Part shown: in pieces, positions 14,875 to 23,609 of the stretch
How the letters are laid out: each line of letters begins with the position of its first letter
Numbering within the stretch: position 1 is the stretch's first letter
Assembly (NCBI GenBank): GCA_031395235.1
Contig: JANNUM010000016.1
Span: forward strand, 1 to 27,303
Reading direction: 5' to 3'
From: Chloroflexota bacterium
GTDB lineage: Bacteria > Chloroflexota > Limnocylindria > P2-11E
Length of the DNA stretch: 27,303 bases
Notes under the pieces: generated by a model
Told to the model about the DNA's origin: nothing
Seen by the model: only the letters and a program-made list of their open reading frames with translations
Databases searched by the model: none
Program-made: the position numbers and the translations under genes

Positions 14875-16322
14875 CACACGTTCCCTTTGACCATCTTCTG
14901 GCCCAGGTCGAGCATCGGCGTGAGCTCGGACTCGGCGCGCGTCTCGGCGTACACGCGGACCAGCGGCTCCGTCCCGGAGAGGCGCATCAGCAGCCACGAG
15001 CCGTCGTCGACGAAGAACTTCACGCCGTCGCCGGTGTCGAGGTCGACCACACGCTTCACCGTGTGCCCCGCGAGCTCGCGCGGCTTCGCGGACCGCAGCC
15101 GCTCCATGATCTTCGGCTTCTCCTCGCCGTACGTTGCGGCATCAAGGCGAAGGTCGCGTCGCAGGTAGAAGGAAGGGCCCGCCAGATCCATCAGCTCCGC
15201 GATGAGCTGTGACGGCTTCTTTTTCGTCTTGAGCATGAAGTCGAGGAAGAAGAGGTCCGCGACGATCCCGTCGCGCTCCGGCAGGTGCATCGCGAAGCCG
15301 AAGCCGCCGGACTCCTCGCCGCCCATCATCGCCCCGGTCTCCTGCATCTTCGGCCCGATGTACTTGAAGCCCACCGGCACCTCGTGGACAGGGACGCCGT
15401 ACTTCTCGCCGAGGCGGTCGACCATCGAGGTCATGTTCACGGTCTTCACGACCGGCTGCCGCAGCTTGCGGACCTCCAGGAGGTACCACATGAGCAGCGC
15501 GTAGGTGGTGAGCGTCGTGACGAAGCGCCCCTTCTCGTCACCGAGTCCGGCGCGGTCAGCGTCGCCGTCCACCGCGAGGCCGACGTCCGCCTTCTCGGCG
15601 GTGATGCGGGCGAGGAACTCGTCGGTGTTCGGCGGGATCGGCTCGGGGTTGAGGCCACCGAAGTACGGGTTGCGCTCGCCATGGATCTCGACGACCTGCG
15701 TCTTGCCGCCGCCGAGCAGCCGCGGGAAGTAACCGCTGGCGCTGCCGTAAAGCGGCTCGCACACGATGCGGTACCCCGCGCCGCGAAAGGCATCGAGATC
15801 GAAAAGCTCCGCGACCCGCGCGAGGTAATCGGGCGCGGGATCGAAGAGCTCGATGCGACCGGCGGCCTTCGCGTCCTCGAACGGCATGCGCCGGACGTCC
15901 TGCGGCCGCGTCTGGAGCGGGTGGATGATGGCCTCCAGCTCTTTGAGCATGTCCGGCGCGGCCGCGGCCCCCGTCTCCGACTTCACTTTGAACCCGTTGT
16001 CGGGCCACGGGTTGTGACTCGCGGTAATGACGATCCCGGCCTTGGCCTTCTTACGCATGGTCGCGTACGAGAACGACTGCGTCGGCGCCGCGGCGGTGGA
16101 CAGGAAGACGTTGATGCCGTGGGCCGCGACGACTTCTGCGGCGGCGGCCGCGAAATGCTCCGAGGCGAAACGGCGGTCGAATCCGATCACGACGCCGCGA
16201 CCGGACTCGCCGCTCTTCTGCACCCACTGGGCCACCGACTGCGCGCAGACGCGCACCGCGTCGAACGTGTACTCCTCGGCGATGCGCGCGCGCCAGCCGT
16301 CCGTGCCGAACACGATCTTCAT
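14874..16322 (-). CDS. Phosphoglucomutase/phosphomannomutase family protein
   Basis: FGTDGWR, ITASHNP (phosphoserine), DGDADR (metal loop), GGEESGG (sugar loop), RLSGTEPLVRVYAE. Confidence 0.95.
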   Translation of the reverse strand: MKIVFGTDGWRARIAEEYTFDAVRVCAQSVAQWVQKSGESGRGVVIGFDRRFASEHFAAAAAEVVAAHGINVFLSTAAAPTQSFSYATMRKKAKAGIVITASHNPWPDNGFKVKSETGAAAAPDMLKELEAIIHPLQTRPQDVRRMPFEDAKAAGRIELFDPAPDYLARVAELFDLDAFRGAGYRIVCEPLYGSASGYFPRLLGGGKTQVVEIHGERNPYFGGLNPEPIPPNTDEFLARITAEKADVGLAVDGDADRAGLGDEKGRFVTTLTTYALLMWYLLEVRKLRQPVVKTVNMTSMVDRLGEKYGVPVHEVPVGFKYIGPKMQETGAMMGGEESGGFGFAMHLPERDGIVADLFFLDFMLKTKKKPSQLIAELMDLAGPSFYLRRDLRLDAATYGEEKPKIMERLRSAKPRELAGHTVKRVVDLDTGDGVKFFVDDGSWLLMRLSGTEPLVRVYAETRAESELTPMLDLGQKMVKGNV

Positions 16323-17287
16323 GCGCGGACCTCCGCCCTCACCTGGCCCCGCCAGTACTCGAGCGTGTCCCTGAGCGAAGTGCGCAGGAGGGTCCGCGGC
16401 GCCCAGCCGGTCCGACGGTGGAAACGGCCGGCGTCGAGCGCGAACGCCGTTGGCGCGCCGGACCGTACGCGGTCGGGATCGAGCTCCGCGCGAATCGGCA
16501 CGCGCGCGAGCGCGACGAGCGTCCCAAGGATCTCGCCCACCGAGACGGCCACGCCGGTGCCCACGTTGTACACGGCCACGCCCGCCTCGGTGAGATCCGT
16601 CGCCAGCGCGTACGCCGCGGCCATGTCGCGCACATCCAGGAAATCGCGACGCGCGTCGAGGACGCCGTGCTTCACGACCGGCTCCGCTATACCTGCCTCA
16701 GCCTCCGCGATCTGTTTCGCGAATGCCGACGCCGCCAGTCCCGGGTGCTGCCGCGGTCCGATCTGATTGGCGGGACGGAGCACCGTCGTGGCGGCGCCGC
16801 GCCGGTCGCCGAACTCGCGGACCAGCGCCTCCGACGCGACCTTCGTCGCGGCATAGACATTCGCGGGTCGCAGCGACGCGCGCTCGTCGACGATCTCCGA
16901 GTCGGGGGCGCCGTACACGTCCGCGCTCGACGCCATGACCAGGCGGACCTCGGGATGCGCGTCCAGCGCGGCGAGCAGCGTCGCGGTGCCGAGCACGTTG
17001 ACCCGCACGGCCGAGACCGGATCGCGGGCCGCGAGCGTGGGGACGGCCTGCGCCGCCAGGTGCACGACCGCATCCGGCCGCGCGGCGGCGAGCGCCGCGC
17101 TCACCGCGGCGACGTCGAGGATGTCCCCGCGGTGCACGCGCACACGGTCGGCGATGGTGGCGAGATGCGGAAACGGCGGATCCTCATGCGCGATGCCGTG
17201 CACGACGTCGCCCAGAGACACGAAGCGCTCGGCGAGATGGCTGCCCGCGAATCCCGTGATGCCGGTGATGAGGACGGTGCGGGGCAC
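16319..17287 (-). CDS. GDP-4-dehydro-6-deoxy-D-mannose reductase-like extended SDR (Rmd/GMD family)
   Basis: TGITGFAGSHL, HLAAQ, SSADVYG, YAATK (YxxxK), IGPRQ...SAFAKQIA, RDFLDVRD. It lacks the GMD T-S-E catalytic Glu, which favours a reductase. Confidence 0.8.
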   Translation of the reverse strand: MPRTVLITGITGFAGSHLAERFVSLGDVVHGIAHEDPPFPHLATIADRVRVHRGDILDVAAVSAALAAARPDAVVHLAAQAVPTLAARDPVSAVRVNVLGTATLLAALDAHPEVRLVMASSADVYGAPDSEIVDERASLRPANVYAATKVASEALVREFGDRRGAATTVLRPANQIGPRQHPGLAASAFAKQIAEAEAGIAEPVVKHGVLDARRDFLDVRDMAAAYALATDLTEAGVAVYNVGTGVAVSVGEILGTLVALARVPIRAELDPDRVRSGAPTAFALDAGRFHRRTGWAPRTLLRTSLRDTLEYWRGQVRAEVRA

Positions 17288-17293
17288 CTCGGA

Positions 17294-17299
17294 AGAGTA
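17294..17299 (-). promoter_or_regulatory. -10 element TACTCT, leaderless promoter of the rmd-like operon
   Basis: Minus strand TACTCT-tccgag-GTG(17287), inside a 12-nt intergenic gap. Confidence 0.5.
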
Positions 17300-19645
17300 T
17301 TAGTTCGCGGGGGTGAGCGCCGTCGGCACGGTCGCGAGCGGAAGCCGGATCGTGAACGTGCTGCCGCGGCCGACGGTGCTCGTCACGCTGATCGTTCCGC
17401 CGTGCTGCTCGACGATCTGCCGAACGATCGCGAGGCCGACGCCGCTGCCCGCGACCCGTCCTGCGACGTTCGCACCGCGCGCGAAGCGCTCGAAGATCCG
17501 AGCCAGGTCCGCCTCCGGGATGCCGATGCCCTCGTCGGTCACGGCGCAGAACGCGACGCGGCCCTGTGGCGACTCCAGGGTGCCGATGCGCACCATCACG
17601 CGGCCGTTGGCGGAGTTGTACTTGAGCGCGTTGCCGAGGACGTTCGTGATCGCGCGCTCCAGCCGCACGGCGTCCCAGTCGCCGATGACCTCTCCGTCCG
17701 TCTCGATGTTGACGGTCTGCCCGCGCCAGAGCTCGTTGAGCTCGGATGTGACGCGGCGGACGAGCTCGGTCAGATCCGTCGGCGCACGGCGCAGCTCGAG
17801 GGTCGGGTCCGCCTGCCGGCGCACGAGCTCCAGCAGCTCGTCGATGAACGCGGTCATGCGGCCCACCGCGTTCATGATCCGATCCAGGCTTGGCGCGTTC
17901 GCCGTCAGATCATCGCCGTGCATGCGCCGGCGGAGGAGCTGCGCCGTCCCGCTGATCACCGTGAGCGGCGTCTTCACGTCGTGGGCGACAGCGGAGAGGA
18001 AGTCGTCGCGCGTCCGGACCGACTGACGCACCTCGTAATAGAGCCGCGCGTTCTCGACGCCGACGGCGACGCGGCGCGCGAGCTCGCCCGCGAGGGCGAG
18101 GTGCGCTTCGGTATACGCGCGACCCGATTCCGCGGTGATGAACAGGATCGTTCCGCGCACCTGTCCACCGACCACGAGCGGTTCGCAGATATACGACCGC
18201 GGGCTCAGCTCCCGGTAGATTGCGAGCTCGTCCGATCCACGCGCCGCCTGCTGGAGAAAGTCATCCGAGGTGTCGCCGTTCAGCTCTGCCCGCCCCGTAG
18301 TGACGACCCGCCCGATCGGACCCCGGGAGCTCGCCACGTCGGGCGGATAGGTCTCGTGCAGCCGCTGCGCGAGAGGCTGCTTCGCGGGATCGGCATGCGC
18401 GACGGCGGCGCGCGTGATGCGGCCGGCATCCACGATGTCGACGACGCACCAGTCCGCGAAGTCCGGGACCGCGATGCCCGCCGCGGTGCGGAGCGTCTCG
18501 GTGTACTCGAGCGATTCGGTGAGCCGTTCGCTCGCGGTCGCGAGCAGGCGGAGATCATCCTCGCGCTGCGCCACCGCCGCCTGCATCGTCCGCATCGCCG
18601 CCGACAGCTGCTCGACCTCGGCGCCGCCCGCGAGCTGCGGGATGACCGGCCGGTCCCCACGGCCGATGGCGACCGCGCTGCGCGAAAGCTCGCGCAGCGG
18701 CCGCGCCAGCCGGTTGGCGACGTACGCCGCAAGGAGCCCAGCGATGAGCAGCGTGCCCAGGACCACCGCGGCGTCGCCGGCCAGGCGCGCGACAAGCTCC
18801 CTCTCGAGCGCGGCGAGCGGCCTGGTCATCGCGAGGACCCAGCCGGTGCGGGCGATCGGCGCGAGCGCGCCGTAGCGGCGGTCGCTGCTGAGCGGGGTCG
18901 CGACGCCGTCGACGGGCACCACCCGCCCCAGCAGCGCGTCTCGCACGCCGGGCGCGTCCATGAGGTCGATCTCGGTGATCGCGGGCTCGGTTCGATCCGA
19001 CGCGTAGAGGAGCCGTCCGACCTCGTCGATGAGCGCGACCTGCGCGTCGGGCGGGAAGTCCACACGCAATGTCTGGAGGACGCGCTCCGGGTAGAACGCG
19101 GTGATGACGAAGCCTCGCACCGAGCCATCGGCGGCGCGGATCGGCCGCCCGAACGCGACCGTGATGTCGCCACTCTGCAGACCCGTGATCGTGCCGCTCC
19201 AGACGCGATCCGCACCCGCCTTGAGCCTCGGCAGGTAGGGCCGCGAAGACAGATCGATGCCGATCCCCTCGCCGCTGGCGGATGCCACGACCTTTCCGCT
19301 CGGGTCGGTGATGAAGAACGCGCGCAGCTCGGGATACGCCTTCGCGAGCGACGCGAGATACGCGCCGAAGTTCGCCTGGTCGTAGGGCTGGGTGGCGCCG
19401 GCGAGCACGCCGGCCATCGCGAACGTCGAGTTCTCGAGATCGCGCAGAAAGCCGTCGACGATCGACGCGCCGTTGCGCGCCGACCGCGTCGCGGTGTCGA
19501 GCTCGCTCGCGCGCCGCTCTCGCACCTGATCGGCGTACGACAGCGAGATGATGAGAAGTACCGGGATGGCGACGACGGCGACGAGGAGCGTCAGCCGAGT
19601 CGAGAGCGACCAGGGCCCGCGGAGCCACTTTATCAAGGTGACCAT
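17300..19645 (-). CDS. Sensor histidine kinase (TM-dCache-TM-HAMP-GAF-HisKA-HATPase)
   Basis: H-box AHDVKTPLT, N-box NVLGNALKY, G1 DEGIGIP, F-box IFERF, G2 GSGVGLAIV; HAMP RLARPLRELS; GAF AVPDFADWCVV...ELARRVAVGVENARLY. Start taken as ATG 19645. Confidence 0.93.
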   Translation of the reverse strand: MVTLIKWLRGPWSLSTRLTLLVAVVAIPVLLIISLSYADQVRERRASELDTATRSARNGASIVDGFLRDLENSTFAMAGVLAGATQPYDQANFGAYLASLAKAYPELRAFFITDPSGKVVASASGEGIGIDLSSRPYLPRLKAGADRVWSGTITGLQSGDITVAFGRPIRAADGSVRGFVITAFYPERVLQTLRVDFPPDAQVALIDEVGRLLYASDRTEPAITEIDLMDAPGVRDALLGRVVPVDGVATPLSSDRRYGALAPIARTGWVLAMTRPLAALERELVARLAGDAAVVLGTLLIAGLLAAYVANRLARPLRELSRSAVAIGRGDRPVIPQLAGGAEVEQLSAAMRTMQAAVAQREDDLRLLATASERLTESLEYTETLRTAAGIAVPDFADWCVVDIVDAGRITRAAVAHADPAKQPLAQRLHETYPPDVASSRGPIGRVVTTGRAELNGDTSDDFLQQAARGSDELAIYRELSPRSYICEPLVVGGQVRGTILFITAESGRAYTEAHLALAGELARRVAVGVENARLYYEVRQSVRTRDDFLSAVAHDVKTPLTVISGTAQLLRRRMHGDDLTANAPSLDRIMNAVGRMTAFIDELLELVRRQADPTLELRRAPTDLTELVRRVTSELNELWRGQTVNIETDGEVIGDWDAVRLERAITNVLGNALKYNSANGRVMVRIGTLESPQGRVAFCAVTDEGIGIPEADLARIFERFARGANVAGRVAGSGVGLAIVRQIVEQHGGTISVTSTVGRGSTFTIRLPLATVPTALTPAN

Positions 19646-20307
19646 TGTGGCCGCGCCACGAAGAGGCCATCCTCGCGCGCGACCGGCAGCGCGAAGTCGA
19701 AGCGGTCTACCTGGCAAGCAAGCTCGGCGTCGCGACGCGGGAACCAGTCGGGCCAGTTCGGATCCTCATCCTTCCAAAGCGACGCGACGATCGCGGAGAT
19801 ATCGGTGGGCGCGTCAGTGAGACGTGCTGCGATGTAGCGCGCGCAGGCCTCGTCCTCGTCGGAGGTCTCGGCGCCACCGTGCCCCATCGCGACCAATGTG
19901 ACCTCATCCGCAGTGTCCCGTAAATGGCGGACCGTCGCTTCAGCCATGACGAAACTACCGAGAACGATCGCGCGCGCCGCCGTCGCGGCGCTCACGCCCT
20001 GTGTGCCCGCGCCCGTGCGCTGAACGACGCGACGCCCGGTAAGGTCGAGGCGCTCGATCGCGGAGGGCGAGTTGCCGACGTCGAAGCCCGGGATCGGGCG
20101 GCCGTCGATCTCGCCCGTGAGGAACAGCGACGGATCCTCACGCTTCAGCGCCAGCGCTTGCTCGTGATCCGCGACGAGCACTATCTCGCGCGCTCCGGCG
20201 GCGACGCAGAACGCCGCGGTCGTGAAGGCGCGGAAGACGTCGACGATGACGGCGTTACCGGTCGCTCCGCGCGCACCGTCGAGGAAGCGCGCCACGCGGA
20301 CGTTCAT
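19633..20307 (-). CDS. 2-phosphosulfolactate phosphatase (ComB) family protein
   Basis: AVIVDVFRAFTT, GEIDGRPIPGFDVGNSPS, RTGAGT, EDEACA, DAELACQVDRF. ATG 20307. Confidence 0.85.
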   Translation of the reverse strand: MNVRVARFLDGARGATGNAVIVDVFRAFTTAAFCVAAGAREIVLVADHEQALALKREDPSLFLTGEIDGRPIPGFDVGNSPSAIERLDLTGRRVVQRTGAGTQGVSAATAARAIVLGSFVMAEATVRHLRDTADEVTLVAMGHGGAETSDEDEACARYIAARLTDAPTDISAIVASLWKDEDPNWPDWFPRRDAELACQVDRFDFALPVAREDGLFVARPQWSP

Positions 20308-20318
20308 AGCGCGCCGGA

Positions 20319-21512
20319 TCAGAGCACGGTCGCGGTAAAGGGCCGGCGGCCGCTCGCGAAACGCTCCAGCGAGAGGTCGGTGATGTCGAGGGTGTGTGCG
20401 CGCCCGTCGAGCATCTCCTCGACGACGAGCTGCGCCGTCGCGGGCGTATGCATGAACCCGTGTCCGGAGAAGCCGGCCGCCACGTAGAGACCCGCGACGC
20501 CCGGCACCGCGCCGACCACGGGATGGTCGTCGGGCGTCATTTCGTAATAGCAGGACCACGAGGCGGTGATGCGCAGGTCCGCGAAGCGCGGATGCCGCCA
20601 GGCCGCACGCGCGCGGACCCACGGCTCGAGCGACGGGGGAACGACGAGCTGCGCGAACTCGCCGGGAACGAACGCCGCGGGCGGCGAGCCGGGACCCTTC
20701 TCGACCCGACCGTCGCCGGTGAGGTTCGGCATGGCGAAGCGCTGCGTGGCACCCTTGGGTCGGAAATGGAAACCGGATTCCCATTCGATGGTCAACGGGA
20801 CGCGCGACAGTGCCGGGTACGGACCGGACTCCATGATCGACCTCGCGTAGGGCCAGATCGGGATGGCGGCGCCGGCGGTCGCGGCGAGCGGCGCCGTCCA
20901 GCAGCCCGTCGCGAGCAGGACCCGCTCGCAGGAGATGACGCCGTCGGACGTGCGCACGCCGGTCACGCGATCACCCTCACGCAGGATCTCGAGCGCGGCG
21001 GCGCCCTCGCGGATCTTGACACCACCCAGCTGCGCGAACGAGGCGAACCCCGCGAGCGCCTCCAGCGGATCCCCGTAGCCGTCCTCAGCGCCGAAGCGCC
21101 CACCGACGAGGTCGTCGGTGCGGATGCCCGGCACGAGCCGCTCGATCTCGGACCGATCGACCATCTCGACGTTCACGCCGACGCGTTCGTACAGCGGCAA
21201 TGGCTCGCGCAGCTGCGCCAGACCCAGGGCGGTGCCCGCGATGAAGAGGTAACCGCGCTGCTGGAAATCGTGCTTGGCGCCGGTCCGGTCCTCGAACGAC
21301 CGCCAGAACGCGACCGCGAGCTTCGAGAGGCGCACATCGAGCTCGTCGACGAACTGGTGGCGGATGCCGCCGAGGCCGCCTTTGCTCGTCCCCTGCCCCA
21401 GCTGGTCCCGCTCGAGCAGCACGACGTCGTGCTCGCCGCGCTCGGCGAGGAAGAACGCTGCGGCGCAGCCGACCACACCACCGCCGACGATGACGGTGGA
21501 GGCGGTCGCTAT
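20319..21512 (-). CDS. FAD-dependent oxidoreductase, DAO/sarcosine-oxidase-beta-like; probable ATA start
   Basis: TVIVGGGVVG (Rossmann), LLERD, GGIRHQF, DGYGDP, LATGCW, YEMTPDDHPVVG, GFSGHGF. The rest of track ORF 20319..22640 is shadow sequence. Confidence 0.9.
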   Translation of the reverse strand: MATASTVIVGGGVVGCAAAFFLAERGEHDVVLLERDQLGQGTSKGGLGGIRHQFVDELDVRLSKLAVAFWRSFEDRTGAKHDFQQRGYLFIAGTALGLAQLREPLPLYERVGVNVEMVDRSEIERLVPGIRTDDLVGGRFGAEDGYGDPLEALAGFASFAQLGGVKIREGAAALEILREGDRVTGVRTSDGVISCERVLLATGCWTAPLAATAGAAIPIWPYARSIMESGPYPALSRVPLTIEWESGFHFRPKGATQRFAMPNLTGDGRVEKGPGSPPAAFVPGEFAQLVVPPSLEPWVRARAAWRHPRFADLRITASWSCYYEMTPDDHPVVGAVPGVAGLYVAAGFSGHGFMHTPATAQLVVEEMLDGRAHTLDITDLSLERFASGRRPFTATVL

Positions 21513-22345
21513 TCCGCCACCTCTTCGAAGCGGAGCTTCTCGTCCTGCTCGGTGATCCGTCCGAAGCGCGGGATGTCGTGCGTGAAGCCGACGATCCACC
21601 TCTCGGAGACCGCGCGGGGCAGGATGACCTTCTTCGCCGCGAGCGTCTCGAGCGGGAACAGGTCGAACGCCGGTATCCACGGCAGTCGGAGATGGTGCCG
21701 GTCGGGCATGAAGTCGGACGAAAAGAAGAGCGTCTCGCCGGCATCGCTCACGCGCACCGTCTGCGTGCCGCGCGTGTGTCCCGGCACACGGTCGAGGCGG
21801 ATCCCGGGCAGGATCTCGACGCTCTCGTCGATGAGCTCGAGCTTGCCCGCCGCGTCGAGCGGTGCGTAGTCGTCGCCGAAGTACGAGCCGCGGGTGCGCT
21901 CGTTGGGCGCGTTCGCGTCGACCCATTCGAGCCGCTGGAACACGTACGACGCGCGAGGGAATGTCGCGACGATCTTGTCGCCATCGCGGTACGTGTTCCC
22001 GCCGGCGTGATCGAAATGTAGATGGGTATTCACGACGAGCGTGACATCCTCCGGTCGAACGCCGCGGCGCCCGAGCTCCTCCAGGAGCCGCGGCGGCCCC
22101 TCGATGCCGAAGATCTCCTTCGAGCGCTCCGTCAGCTTCGGCCCCGCGCCCGTCTCGACCACGACGACGTTGCCCGCGCCGTCGCGGATCAGCAGACAGT
22201 TCATGTTCAGCGCGACGCGATTGCGGTCGTCCGCCGGCTTCTCCTTCTCCCAGAGCGCCTTCGGGACGACGCCGAACATCGCGCCGCCGTCGAGCCGGAG
22301 GATGCCGTCGCTGAAGATCTCCACCTGAAAACGACCGACGCGCAC
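21509..22345 (-). CDS. YtnP-like metallo-beta-lactamase-fold hydrolase
   Basis: LDGGAMFGVVPKALW, THLHFDHAGG (HxHxDH), GHTRGTQ, FTHD. GTG 22345. Confidence 0.9.
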   Translation of the reverse strand: MRVGRFQVEIFSDGILRLDGGAMFGVVPKALWEKEKPADDRNRVALNMNCLLIRDGAGNVVVVETGAGPKLTERSKEIFGIEGPPRLLEELGRRGVRPEDVTLVVNTHLHFDHAGGNTYRDGDKIVATFPRASYVFQRLEWVDANAPNERTRGSYFGDDYAPLDAAGKLELIDESVEILPGIRLDRVPGHTRGTQTVRVSDAGETLFFSSDFMPDRHHLRLPWIPAFDLFPLETLAAKKVILPRAVSERWIVGFTHDIPRFGRITEQDEKLRFEEVAE

Positions 22346-22365
22346 GAAGAGGCAGTATGCGAGCT
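22346..22365. promoter_or_regulatory. Putative overlapping bidirectional -10 elements (CAGTAT on +, CATACT on -)
   Basis: Only 20 bp lie between the two divergent GTG starts; both -10-like hexamers share 22353-22359. Confidence 0.45.
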
Positions 22366-23106
22366 GTGAAGGACGTACGCGCGCAGTTCGCCAAGACGGC
22401 CGCGGCGTATGTATCGAGCGCGACGCACGCATCGGGTGAGGATCTCGAGCGGCTCATCAAGGTCGCGGCGCCGCGGAACAGCGAGCACGCCCTCGACCTG
22501 GGCTGCGGCGTGGGCCACACGCTGCGGCGCATCGCGCCCCTCGTCGCCTTCGCGGTCGGAGCGGACGCGACGCTCGAGATGATGCAGGCGGGTCGCGCGG
22601 GCGTCGTGAGCGAGCCCAACGCGGCGTTCGCGCAGTCCAACGCGACCGCGCTTCCCTTCGCGGACGCGACCTTCCATTTCGCGACGTGCCGGCTCGCCGC
22701 ACATCACTTCAGCGACGCCCCGTCCGCGTTCCGCGAGGTGGCGCGCGTGCTACATCCCGGTGGCCGCTTCGTGCTCGTCGACAACCACGCGCCGGACGAC
22801 CCCGCGCTCGATGCCTTCATCAACGAGCTCGAGACGCTGCGCGACGCCTCGCACGTGCGCAACCACACCCTCGACGGTTGGCGGACGCTGCTGGAAGGCG
22901 CGGGCTTCCGCGTCAGCGTCGAATCGGAGGGCATGGTGACAAAGCTCACGACGGAATCATGGCTCGAGCGTTCCCAGACGCCCCTCGATCGAGCGGCCGA
23001 GGTGCGACGCCGCCTGCGCGAGGCACTCGGGCGGACACGGGACGCGTTCCGCATCACTGACACGACGTTCGACGTGCACAAGGTCGTGCTGCTCGCCCGG
23101 AGGTGA
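22366..23106 (+). CDS. Class I SAM-dependent methyltransferase (UbiE/YcgJ-like)
   Basis: ALDLGCGVGHT, VGADAT, ATALPFADATF, AAHHFSD, RVLHPGGRFVLVD, RDASHVR. Alternative start ATG 22357. Confidence 0.88.
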   Translation: MKDVRAQFAKTAAAYVSSATHASGEDLERLIKVAAPRNSEHALDLGCGVGHTLRRIAPLVAFAVGADATLEMMQAGRAGVVSEPNAAFAQSNATALPFADATFHFATCRLAAHHFSDAPSAFREVARVLHPGGRFVLVDNHAPDDPALDAFINELETLRDASHVRNHTLDGWRTLLEGAGFRVSVESEGMVTKLTTESWLERSQTPLDRAAEVRRRLREALGRTRDAFRITDTTFDVHKVVLLARR

Positions 23107-23609
23107 GCGACCCGCGGTTGTTCGTTATGCCCGCGTCCGCGTACGAGACCTCGGCGGTAATGGCGCTGCTCGACAGCGCGGCGCAGTGGCTGCTGGACCG
23201 CGGGATCGATCAGTGGCATCCCGGCCAGTGGGGGCGCGACCGGATCGCCGACGCGATCGATCGCGGCGAGACCTTCATCGCGCGTCTGGACGGCCATCTC
23301 GTCGGGACCATCTCGTTCCAGCGGGCGGACGATTTCATGTGGCCGGATGCGGCGGACGACGCGGGCTACGTGCACCGCCTCGCGATGTCCGTGCACGGCC
23401 AGGGACTCGGACACGAGCTGCTGGAATGGGCCGAGGGCCAGATCGCGGAGCAAGGCCGACTCTTCGCCCGATTGGACTGCGCCTGCAACAACCCGAAGCT
23501 GCGCCGCTACTACGCGAATGCGGGTTACCGCTACATAGGCGATCGGACTGTGCGCGCGGGGACGACCAGCTTCTGCGGCAGTCGGTACGAGAAGCGGGTG
23601 CGTTCGTGA
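23103..23609 (+). CDS. GNAT family N-acetyltransferase
   Basis: YVHRLAM..HGQGLGHELL (acetyl-CoA motif A), RLDC...NPKLRRYYANAGY; GTGA overlaps at both ends. Confidence 0.85.
   Translation: MSDPRLFVMPASAYETSAVMALLDSAAQWLLDRGIDQWHPGQWGRDRIADAIDRGETFIARLDGHLVGTISFQRADDFMWPDAADDAGYVHRLAMSVHGQGLGHELLEWAEGQIAEQGRLFARLDCACNNPKLRRYYANAGYRYIGDRTVRAGTTSFCGSRYEKRVRS

Noticed and set aside
16418-19837. 1139-aa plus-strand ORF, and similar long ORFs such as 11637..13298, 13840..15168, 15285..16766, 20394..21869, 9128..10519 and 952..2262
   Set aside because: Antisense or frameshifted shadows of well-supported genes. They are Arg/Ala/Gly-rich with no motifs; long stop-free shadow frames are expected at this GC content.
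20319-22640. Apparent 773-aa ORF suggesting a fusion protein
   Set aside because: The N-terminal about 375 aa overlap the MBL gene in another frame and the antisense of the methyltransferase; only the last about 397 aa are protein-like.
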